Positions 14,650 through 25,322 of a stretch of DNA of 64,000 nt are shown piece after piece. The DNA is from Octopus vulgaris (lineage: Eukaryota): contig OX597819.1 of the NCBI GenBank assembly GCA_951406725.2, forward strand, positions 91,450,001 through 91,514,000, given 5' to 3'. The position numbers were made by a program, and so were the translations under genes. The notes beneath the pieces were generated by a model that was given only the letters and a program-made list of their open reading frames with translations, was not told the DNA's origin and searched no databases. Each line of letters opens with the position of its first letter. Position 1 is the stretch's first letter.

Positions 14650-15305
14650 CTTTATTTCATGAAAATTCGCCATTAAGGTGTTACATAGAGGGGACATACA
14701 AATACAGACAAACATATAGAGTATAGTAGCTTAAAACGTATTAGTATTTACAATATGTCTACAGTATTTACAATATAAAGTTTACAAATTTAATATTACA
14801 CAGTAGGGCAAGGAACCCAGCCATATGGGACCGAGGCACTTTTCTATTTGGTTCTCTGTTGAGAATCCCACCTTTTTCTCCTTGACATTGAACGTTTTGA
14901 AGACTACCATCCTCTGTTCAACGTCCTCCTGTGTCTCCTTGGGTTGCACCATTTTGGTTTCCGAACCCGATCCTGTGATGTGCTGATCCAACACATCTAA
15001 GTTTTCTCAGTCTATTTCTTTCTTTTTCCCTCCAGCTGCTGCTGCAAAGTTTAGTTTTTCCTTCGCATCACTGACCTCAAGGCTTGGTGCCGCTATGCAT
15101 CTCTTTGCTATTGGTTTCTTTTTGTTGTGTGTATTTGCGTCCGAGTCCGAGGACGATCTCAGCTCTCGGATTCTTGTCTCGGTCATTATCTTCCTCTCTG
15201 GGCTAGCCATTATTTTGGCTACCCTCACAGGCGAGGATGATACAGGAGCGCTTAGTAGTAATACAGCGTCGCGCACGAGTTGAGTTTTCACAGCGACCAG
15301 CTGTC
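14650..15305 (-). mobile_element. CpG-rich, internally deleted non-LTR-like element (ORF1-like N-terminus plus 3' UTR)
   Basis: ORFs 15007-15291 and 14782-14994 are in one frame, split by a single stop. An AT-rich tail follows, ending in AATAAA, and resembles the tail of SINE family C. Confidence 0.5.
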
Positions 15306-15394
15306 AGATGACAACGAAAATCAGTAGTCAAGTAATCCAGGGGTCAGTACGTCATGATGACAAGTGACCAGCACAAGAACACAAGAATGTCACA

Positions 15395-15760
15395 ATACAA
15401 AAAAAGTTTCCACACAAAAGTATCGACAGTCTGAGCCTTGTTTGGGACCAAAAACCCATGGCCCATCAATTCTATGTCCATGGTTCCTGTTGTTTCTTTG
15501 TTCTGCATCACTGTCTTTGAAGAAAGGACTGTTGTCCCCATTCAGCATTCTTGCTTGATTGTATTTTTTTGACCAGCAAATCTTACTTTGTCAATCTGAA
15601 TGGGGTTATCGTTTGTTCCCATGATCTTCCCTTGTCATTCATGATAAACTATGGCTCCACACACCTCACAGCCACATTGTACCAGTCAGTTATTGCATTT
15701 TTAGATTTTCCTGTTAGAGTTACTGCTGCAGTCATGGGTTTATCCATGACAAAAAAAAAA
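15395..15760 (-). mobile_element. Merlin (IS1595/ISXO2-like) transposase fragment, pseudogenised
   Basis: Hand translation across frameshifts: ITDWYN..CEVC...PIQIDKVRFAGQKKYNQARML...NNRNHGHRIDGPWVFGPKQGSDCRYF, matching the IDE...RKYNRGR...WVFG motifs of Merlin transposases. Confidence 0.8.
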
Positions 15761-16365
15761 ATATATTAGTTCTATAGGCGCAGGAGTGGCTGTGTTGTAA
15801 GTAGCTTGCTAACCAACCATATGGTTCTGGGTTCAGGCCCACTGTGTGGCATCTTGGGCAAGTGTCTTCTGCTATAGCCCCAGGCCGACCAATGCCTTGT
15901 GAGTGGATTTGGTAGACGGAAACTGAAAGAAGCCTATCGTATATATATATATATATATATATGTGTATGTGTGTGTTTGTTTGACACCGTGGTAGACCGC
16001 ATACTATAGTAGCACCAAGTTTTCATCACAAGGAGACTCATTTTCTTCTGCTTTATTTACTGCATCATGCACCAAATAGAATGACTTGACTGTATAGTAG
16101 AAAGCCAGGATCTTAACAGAAAAGATCCGAAAGCCATGGGAGAGTATCTGAAAATAAAACTAAAATACGAATAATAAAGAAAGAAAATAACAAATAAAAA
16201 TATATATTTTTCACAGCTGTCTATACATAGAAAATGTTTTCAGCATTAAAAAGCTTGCCTTCGCAAACAGTTTTCTCGTGTAAGCAACATCCATAGAAAC
16301 GAGGAAAATGGACTTCTAGTGACCATAGTCCTTATATCAGAACCAAACTTTTATAGCATGCTATG

Positions 16366-16590
16366 CGAGCTGGCAGAAACTTTAGCACGCCGGGCGAAAT
16401 GCGTAGCCGTATTTCGTCTGCCGCTACGTTCTGAGTTCAAATTCCGCCGAGGTCGACTTTGCCTTTCATTCTTTCGGGGTCGATAAATTAAGTACCAGTT
16501 ACACACTGGGATCGATGTAATCGACTTAATCCGTTTGTCTGTCCTTGTTTGTCCTCTCTGTGTGTAACCCCTTGTGGGTAGTAAAGAAAC
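16366..16590 (+). mobile_element. SINE family C (about 230 bp); other copies 16674-16905(-), 20920-21148(-), 40729-40960(-), 47275-47497(-), 54390-54602(+) and older ones
   Basis: tRNA-like head, B box GAGTTCAAATTCC, central GGTCGACTTTGCCTTTCAT.CTTTCGGGGTCGATAAA block resembling the Meta-SINE domain (from memory, unverified). Confidence 0.88.
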
Positions 16591-17436
16591 ATATATCTGA
16601 ACAAAATTACTTTCAAATATTTTCTTGACTTTATTGGCCAGTTAAAACAATTATTTATACTATATACAAATATTTATTTCTTTACTACCCACAAGGGGCT
16701 AAACATAGAGGGGATAAACAAGGACAGACAAAGGGATTAAGTCGATTATATCGACCCCAGTGCGTAACAGGTACTTAATTTATCGACCCCGAAAGGATGA
16801 AAGGCAAAGTCGACCTCGGCGGAATTTGAACTCAGAACGTAACGGCAGACGAAATACGGCTACGCATTTCGTCCGGCGTGCTAACGTTTCTGCCAGCTCG
16901 CCGCCTATATACAAATATTGGTTGGTTATAAGTACAACTTACTGAAAAATTTTTGTCTGAATAATACGCGAAACTGAATGTATCCTTTCCTCAAGATCTT
17001 CACATTGTACTGAAAACTGAGACATCAGTGTTGCGAATATACATCAGACAGTAAGTGTAACATTTGAAAGACATTCCAGTCTTGATGACTAACTAAAGAT
17101 ATCTCAGAAAAATACAGGTGTTGCAGAAATACGTTGGATTATCTTTCTGGTCCTAAATAAAGGACCACAGGCGATAATGGATTAGCAGACTGTTATTACA
17201 AATTTGAACAGGGAGGTTATTCTTATAAAGAGCTAGATTAAAAAAAATATACGTACTAAATCTTAATCACGGGAAAGAGTTCAAATAATTGATTTAATAA
17301 AACCAATAATAATTAAATAATCTTTTTCACACAATTATATTTTTTAACCGATGTATAATTTTTTATATACGAAATTTTCGAATGGGAACGTCAAATGTTA
17401 TTATTAATTCAAAACAGATTCAGCGGCAGTTTCAAA

Positions 17437-17511
17437 ATGGCCTCCTCTCCTTCCAATGATATACTCCGGCTACACAGCGGTGCTCCTCTCCTTAACAAAG
17501 TCTCTGTATTG
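17437..17511 (+). CDS. CENPM: Centromere protein M, coding exon 1 of 6 (MASSPSNDILRLHSGAPLLNKVSVL)
   Basis: ATG at 17437 in AAAATGG context; GTAAAC donor at 17512; phase 0. The six exons (75+80+96+83+92+102=528 nt) join in frame to 175 aa plus stop. Confidence 0.88.
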
Positions 17512-18509
17512 GTAAACTAAAATTAATTTGTTATATATAAGCTATTTCTTTTGTTATGTGCTGAAAGTTTTTACACTTATACGATCAAGTAGCCCTATAT
17601 TTACTGCTATCTTCTGTATTTACGAGTAGCTTTTATGATGTGCATTGTTAGTGTTATATAGGGTGTTGGTGGGGCAAAATGAGTAATTTCGATCTTTTGC
17701 TGTTTTTTCTTTATCTGTTTGATACCATTACATTACAAGCATGGCATCATCATTTTGTACTGTTTTGTCATCTTTGAGTGTAAAATTGGTCTGCATAGTT
17801 ATTGTTAAAGTTGAGAGGGTTTGAAATTGAATCAAGTGACAGTTTGTTTTCAAAGAATTTTTCGTCCTTGTCCCGATTGTAATTGAGGTAAAATATCTAG
17901 ATAATTTTTAGTGCTTAACAGCCAAAATTCTTTTCTCTGTTGGATTCCAAGTAAAAAGATTTTTCGTTTCCACACTAATTTCTATTTTGATTCAATTTTC
18001 AGAAAATGATGTCCAAAACGGGGTAAAATGAGTAATTTCTGCTTCACCGAAGCAGATCTTGTTTTTACTAATGAGAAATGAAATCTACTGGAGAACTATG
18101 CAACCCCTGTCAGTATTAAGCTATAGAAAGGCCAAAATTACTAGGTTTACTAACTGCACTAGGGTTCAAAGACCTGTTGTCGATGCACGCCAGGATTTAT
18201 TCGGCACTTGTGAATTTGCATCTTCTAATGACTAATTTCAATAATTTTTTTCTCTTTAACTGCATGGTGCGTACATATATCAGGAAGAGTCACTCCAGTA
18301 GATCGTGAAGAAGACTGAGAATATTTTATGTTGAGTTTTTAAATTTAGTCAAGTTTCGTTAATTTCGTGTCCTGTGCCATTTTCCATGATATACTTTTTG
18401 TAAGGTGGTTAACATTCCTAAGAAATATTCTTCTTCTCAAAATCAAAAATGCAGTAAATCTTATAATAGAAGGTTTGTTTTAATTAAGATGTTATATTAT
18501 CACCATCAT

Positions 18510-19013
18510 GTCATGTTGACCCGGCAGGACAAGTGAGACCATAACCCATGGCCTCTACCTGGGATGTAGCCAGTCGACTTATGCATACCTTTCCTTCTTG
18601 GGACACAAAACTCCACTTGTGAAGACCTGTTGAGGCAAGTGGAAATCAGAACCAAAATTGAAGTCGATCAACATCAATGGAAATTGCAGCTGTGATACTA
18701 GTGCCGGTGGCACATAAGCGAACTATCCGATTGTGGCCGTTGCCAGCCTCGCCTGGCCCCCGTGCTGGTGGCACGTAAAAAGCACCATCTGACCGTGGCC
18801 GTTTGCCAGCCTCGTCTGGCACCTGTGCCGGTGGCATGTAAAAAGCACCCACTACACTCACGGAGTAGTTGGCATTACGAAGGGCATCCAGCCGTAGAAA
18901 CATTGCCAGATCAGACTGGGCCTGGTGCAGCCGTCTGGCTTCCCAGACCCCAGTCGAACCGTCCAACCCATGCTAGCATGGAAAGCGGACGCTAAATGAT
19001 GATGATGATGATG
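18510..19013 (+). mobile_element. RTE 3'-UTR-only insertion (family B); other + copies near 5690-5970, 26060-26340, 31430-31630, 37690-37875
   Basis: Same sequence as the 3' end of 59013-60057 (GGTTGGC.TTAGGAAGGGCATCCAGC...(GAT)n). Confidence 0.88.
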
Positions 19014-19172
19014 TCCACTTTTCCACACTCTCTCTCTTTCTCTCTCTCTCTCTCTGCTGTTTTCTGATTTGTATTGGAAACTTGTGAAGCACATTGATTA
19101 AAAGAAGATTATCAGAAGCTATACAATATTCAGTTGTTTTAATGTTATAATATTTATTTACCTTTTCTGTAG

Positions 19173-19252
19173 ATCCTTGGAGAATATGGCATCAACAAAA
19201 AGAAACTTGCTGAAAGCCTGGTCTCTATGTCAGATAAGTTTCCTCTTTTGGT
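19173..19252 (+). CDS. CENPM: CENP-M exon 2 (ILGEYGINKKKLAESLVSMSDKFPLLV)
   Basis: CCTTTTCTGTAG acceptor and GTAAGT donor; phase 0 to 2; corresponds to the degenerate P-loop region of CENP-M. Confidence 0.92.
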
Positions 19253-19351
19253 GTAAGTATCACATATATTCCTTGTTTCAGATTGTTGGTGTTTAACCCT
19301 GAGTGAGTCCTGAGTAAATAGACCTATGACCAAAAGCATTTCAGCTATACT

Positions 19352-19752
19352 CTCTCTTTTACTTGTTTCAGTCATGTGATTGTGGCCATGCTGGAGCACC
19401 ACATTTAGTTGAGCAAATCGACCCCAGGACTTATTCTTTGTAAGCCTAGTACTTATTCTATCGGTCTCTTTTGCTGAACCGCTAAGTTACAGGGACATAA
19501 ACACACCAGCATCAGTTGTCAAGCGATGTTGCGGGACAAACACAGACACACACACACACACACATACATATATAAATATACATATATACGATGGGCTTCT
19601 TTTAGTTTCCGTCTACCAAATCCACTCACAAGGCTTTGGTCAGCCCAAGGCTATAATAGAAGACACTTGCACAAGGTGCCATGCAGTGGGACTGAACCCA
19701 GAACCATTTGGTTGGTAAGCAAGCTACTTACCACACAACCACTCCTACACCT
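19352..19752 (-). mobile_element. tRNA-derived SINE family A; other copies near 14301-14650, 15776-15985(+), 21730-22110, 24188-24539, 30455-30825(+), 35013-35401, 51773-52162, 57330-57580(+), 58620-58980(+)
   Basis: Pol III A/B-box head (TGGxTGTGTGGTAAG...GGTTCAGTCCC), internal (CA/TA)n, tail ending GAAACAAGTAAAAGAG; many similar copies. Confidence 0.9.
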
Positions 19753-19854
19753 ATGACCATTCTGTTTTGATTTTTTTTTTTTCCAGACTGGCATATCTTG
19801 AACCACAAGGGTATTCAATACACCTATCCATCTATAAGATGGCTTGGTGAGATA

Positions 19855-20180
19855 TCATCATCATCATCATCATTGTTTAGCGTCCGTTTTCCATGCTAGC
19901 ATGGGTTGGACGGTTCTACTGGGGTCTGTGAAGCCAGAAGGCTTCATCAGGCCCAGTCAAATCTGGCAGTGTTTCTACGGCTGGATGCCCTTCCTAACAC
20001 CAACCACTCCGTGAGTGTAGTGGGTGCTTTTTACATGCCACCCGCACAGGTGCCAGACAGAGCTGGCAAACGGCCACGAACGGATGGTGCTTTTTATGCG
20101 CCACCGGCACGAGGGCCAGGTGAGGCTGGCAACGGACACGAAACGGGGCGGTGCTAGCAACGGTCGCGAAACGGAACGGA
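19855..20180 (-). mobile_element. RTE 3'-UTR-only insertion (family B); other - copies near 630-830, 3410-3810, 6062-6620, 9390-9860, 23140-23575, 30860-31240, 32103-32318, 38707-39120
   Basis: (CAT)n followed by the reverse complement of the RTE 3' UTR; these explain the recurring LDALPNANHS pseudo-ORFs. Confidence 0.88.
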
Positions 20181-22955
20181 ACGGATATGGCTGCTATTTT
20201 TAGTATGTCAAATGACTGTGTGACAAAGGTGCATGGCTCAGTGGTTAGAGCATCAGGCTCACAATCATGAGGTAGTGAATTCGATTTCCAGACCAGGCTG
20301 TGTATTGTGTTCTTGAGTAAGACCTTTTATTCCACGTTGCTCCAGTTCACTCAGCTGTAGAAATGAGTTGTGACGTCACTGGCGCCAAACAGTATCGGCC
20401 TTTGCCATTCCTTTGAATAAAGTGTCTTGCACAAGAACACAACACACAGCCTAGTCCATGAATCAAACTCACTACCTCATGATTGCAAGCTCAATGCTCT
20501 AACCAGTGAAACAGTGTTGGATTAAGATCCATTGAGGCCTGAAACACTTAAAAGATTTTAGTGCTACCATATACATGTAATTCAAAATTTAAACAATAAG
20601 CCATAAAATGAATCTTTTTTTTTTGTTTTGTTTTTCAAAATGAAACAAAACCAAGAGTAATATGGGAGGAAATGTTTATTTTATCTATTTTTTATGCTTC
20701 CACTTTATATTTCAAAAGTTTTCTTCTACTTTTTTCTAATTGTAAAGTCTTCGATCAAATCCTCACTATGACACCATGAACACTTTGAAATTATATTTCG
20801 AATCACATACACTACCTCAAATATTATTGAAGCAAGTCTAAAGTGATTTCTTTTGTGCCGTAAGCAATTTACCATTTCTGTGGTGCCCCACTTCCTTTGA
20901 TGCCCTAAGCACATGCTTATTTAACTCTTTATTGCTCACAAGGGGCTAAACATAGAAGGGACAAACAAGGACAAAGGGATTAAGTCGATTACATCGACCC
21001 GTGTATAACTGGTACTTATTTAATCGACCCCAAAAGGATGAAAGGCAAAGTCAACCTCAGCAGAATTTGAACTCGGAACATAGTGGCAGGCGAAAAATAC
21101 CATTAAGCATTTCACCTGGCGTGATAATGATTCTGCCAGCTCGCCGCCCTTGCTTATTTTGATTAATGGTTAATCCAGTGCTGCACTGACCCATGTTCTT
21201 TCGCTATGTATTTAAAGGTCTATATGTGTTGTGTTTGTGTCTGTCTTGATATTGTACGATAGTTGTAAGCAAGTGACCCCTATCATACAAACATCATTTG
21301 TTTCCAGACTTGCATGAAAATATAGCTGGATTTATTACCTTACTTGGAAACAGGGGAGTTTTAGCAATAGCAAGGACATCTGGCCATAGAAAATCTGCCT
21401 CATCGACTTCTGTCTGACCTATGCAAGTATGGAAAGGTGGACATTAAAACAGTGATGATGATGATTCACTTATTAAGTTGCTGGGCTACTAAGTCCAAAC
21501 TTCATTATAGTCAGTATATTTAGCTCCAAGTCATGATTAAAGGCATTCCAACCATGACCATTCCATCATTTTAGGGGTTTTATAACACTACATTGTTATC
21601 TAATATGTGTTGTCTTTATTTAAGATAATCAGGTCTGATTTAATTATGGTTTGGCTGTTATTTCTAGCAGGTCAAGTGTTGATCTAGGAGCTCCTTGATT
21701 GGTTCAGTAATCATTATGTTGTACTTTTTTATCTTTTACTTGTTTCAGTCATTAGACTGTGGTCATACTGGGGCACTACTTTAGTCAAACAAATTGATCC
21801 CAGGATTTATTTTGTTAAGTACTGGTACTTAGTCTATAGTTCTTTTTTGCTGAACTGCCATGTCATAGAAATGTAAACAAACCAACACCAGTTGTCAAGT
21901 AGTAGTGAGGGAAACAAACAGATATAACGATATACACACATGCATACACACATGATGGGCTCCGACACAGTTTCTGTCTATCAAATTCGTTTACAAGGCA
22001 TTGGTAGGCCTGAGACTACAGTAGAAGACACTTACCCAAGGTATAGTGTTGTGGGACTGAACCCAAAACCACTTGATTGTAAAACAAGCTTCTTAACCAC
22101 ATAACCAGGGTACATGTCAAGAAGACCCATACCGCACAGCAGAAGTGTCGAGACCGATCCTTCTGGTGGTGTAAAGCACTTGTGACAGAGCCCCATAAAA
22201 GCACCTGTGTGATGTCATGTAAAAGCACCCAGCACAGTCTATAAAGTGGTTAGCGTTAGGAAGCTATAGAAACCATGCCAAATCAGACTGGACCCTGGTG
22301 CAGCTCTCCAGCATGCCAGCACGGATAACAGATGTTAATTGATGATGATGATGATGACAACCATGCCTGTGCCTTTACTGAAAAATATTACTCATTTTTC
22401 TCAAAAGTCAGTAGCATTTTGACATTTCATTGTTCACATTATGGTGTGATACAACTGTCAGAAAACAAGTCACCTGTTTTATTCATATGCAAATATCCAA
22501 AATGTGCCAGATCCTTCCCACTGATAACAGAAATAGATAATGCCATTCGTATGTGCTTCTTTTATTATTATTTTATTTTGCAGCTACTACGTATGTTTTA
22601 ATTCTTGTATTGTGCTTTCTATATAAAAAAAAAAACTGGTCATGTGTTTGTGTGTGTATTATACTACAGAATACTGGAAATAGTGTAGGAGAGGATGAGA
22701 AACAGAGACTAAGAGAGAATAGAGATTGAAAATAAAATAATGTGATTTTGAGACATTCAAGTTTATCACTGTAAGCATTGATGTTGCTTTCTGGTAAGAA
22801 ATTTGCTTCCCAACCACATAGTTTTGGGTTCAGTCCCACTGTTTGGTACCTTGGTCAAGTGTCTTCTGCTGCAGCCCCTTGCTGACCAAAACCTTGTAAG
22901 TGGATTTGAAGAATGAAAACTGAGAAAAGCCCATTAGATTATGGACTAAGTCAAA

Positions 22956-22998
22956 TGTCATTGAAAAGGTTGCAAGTAGCAACGAAAGAGCTTTGACA
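22956..22998 (+). ncRNA. Minimal hammerhead-like motif, U3:A8 core variant
   Basis: TGTCA-TTGAAAA-G-GTTGC(AAGTA)GCAAC-GAAA-GAGC-TT-TGACA; stems I and II pair perfectly. Confidence 0.6.
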
Positions 22999-23802
22999 AA
23001 CGAAAACAAAACAAATGACTTACAAATAATTGATTAGTTAGTTCGATATTGAAACAGTTGATTAATAATGAAGGAGTGGAATTGAACCAGTGCACGTGTT
23101 AATAATATTGGCATAATGACACTCCGTAGACACAAAAATCATCATCATTCAACGTCTGTTGTCCATACTGGCATGGGTTGGACAGTCTGACCAGGGCTGG
23201 CAAGCTGAAAGGCTGCACCAGACTCCAGTCTGATTTGGCATAGTTTCTACAGATGGATGCCCTTCCTAATGCCAACCACTCTGAGAGTGTAATGGGTGCT
23301 TTTATGTGCCACCAGCACGGGTGCCATTTGCATGACACCAATATCTGCCACAACTGCAATTTTACTTGGCTTGATATATATATATATATATATATATATC
23401 ATCATCATCATCGTTTAACGTCCGTTTTCCATGCTAGCATGGGTTGGACGGTTCGACCGGGGATCTGGGAAGCCAGAAGGCTGCACCAGGCTCCAGTCTT
23501 ATCTGGCAATGTTTCTACAGCTGGATGCCCTTCCTAACGCCAACCACTCCGTGAGTGTAGTGGGTGCTTTTTACGTATGTATATATATATATATATATAC
23601 TGGCAGTATGATTCACCTCTGATTCGGTGTTCAAGTACACAATGTTGATAAGTCACAAAAATGACAAAACATTGATATCCATCACTCTTGAATGGGATCT
23701 GGAGTGAGTTGTCTCACCTGTCCATGACTTTCAGGTGTTTTAAGGGAGTAATTGCAGCTTAACGGCAAACACACAAAACATACATTATGTGTGGTTGTTA
23801 AT

Positions 23803-23842
<40 letters not shown>

Positions 23843-24535
23843 CAAATAAGAAAATGGAGAAACAAGTTTAGTTTGTTCATCAACTTTCGGATGAATAAAT
23901 AATCCAAAATTCTAATATCCGAAAGTTGATGAACAAACTAAACTTGTTTCTCCATTTTCTTATTTGTATTATAAATTTACAGTAAAAATATTTCTTTACC
24001 TTCACCCGTTTAATACAATAAGTGAGTTAATTGCATTGCAATTAAAAACATTTAAGTATTAAGAATCTGGGTACTTTACCATCAGTATATTGGATAAATA
24101 CTATCCCATAGTGGGTTACACCCATAACCTCTATCTTACTTTGTATTATATATATATATATATATAGATATATATATATATATATATACTCTTTTACTTG
24201 TTTAAGACATTTGACTGTGGCCACGCTGGAGCACCGCCTTTGGTCGAGCAAATCGCCCCCAGGACTTATTCTTTGTAAGCCTAGTACTTATTCTATCGGT
24301 CTCTTTTGCCGAACCGCTAAGTTACGGGAACGTAAACACACAAGCATCGGTTGTCAAGCGATGTTGGGGGGACAAACACACACACACATACATACGACGG
24401 GCTTCTTCCAAATCCACTCACAAGGCTTTGGTCGGCCCGAGGCTATAGTAGAAGACACTTGCCCAAGTTGCCACGCAGTGGGACTGAACCTGGAACCATG
24501 TGGTTGGTAAGCAAGCTACTTACCACACAACCACT

Positions 24536-24579
<44 letters not shown>

Positions 24580-24831
24580 CAGATGTGTATATTACTGTTT
24601 CCTTGCCTTGATATCATGTGTTAGTTGCAAAACAAGTGTCACCATTTTGCAAGCAGCATCCTTCATTTCTGATCTTTCATGAAAATATGTCTAGTCATGG
24701 AGAAATATTACCTCATTTGGAATCAGGTGAAGGTTAGTAACAAGTATGACATCCAGCTATTGAAAATCTGCTTCACTAAACTCTATCTGACTCATACAAG
24801 CTCCGAAAAGTGCATATTAAAATGATGATGA

Positions 24832-24887
<56 letters not shown>

Positions 24888-25226
24888 CAGATTGGAGCCT
24901 GGTGCAGCCTTCCAGCATACCAGCCCAATCAAACTGTCCAACCCATGCCAACATGGACAATGGATGTTAAATGATGATGATGATGATGATTGTATATAAT
25001 ATGCTTCTTTCAGTTTCCGTCTATCAGATCTATTCACAAGGCCAGAACTATAGTAGAAAATACATGTCCACGGTGTTACTGTGTGGGACTGAACTCAAAA
25101 CCATTTGGTTAGGAGCAAACATTTTAATCACACAGCTATATTTGTGTTGCTTACTTTTTTGTTTCAGTTTTTTTTTTTTTTTGCATTGTTTTCATCTGTG
25201 CAGTTTTTTTTCTTCTTATTCTTCAG

Positions 25227-25322
25227 TCGACTGACCAGTAATTTGCCACTAGAACCCACGGATCCACCTCGACCAAGGATTGATTTCATTTGTTTTGTTA
25301 TTGATGTTACAAGAAAGGAAAG
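25227..25322 (+). CDS. CENPM: CENP-M exon 3 (RLTSNLPLEPTDPPRPRIDFICFVIDVTRKES)
   Basis: Polypyrimidine-CAG acceptor, GTTTGT donor; contains LPL...RPRIDF, matching the CENP-M hallmark SLPLP...RPRIDLIVF. Confidence 0.95.

Noticed and set aside
15776-15850. tRNA-like sequences, also at 1157-1215 and 20230-20295
   Set aside because: They are SINE heads continuous with SINE bodies; no complete cloverleaf recognised.
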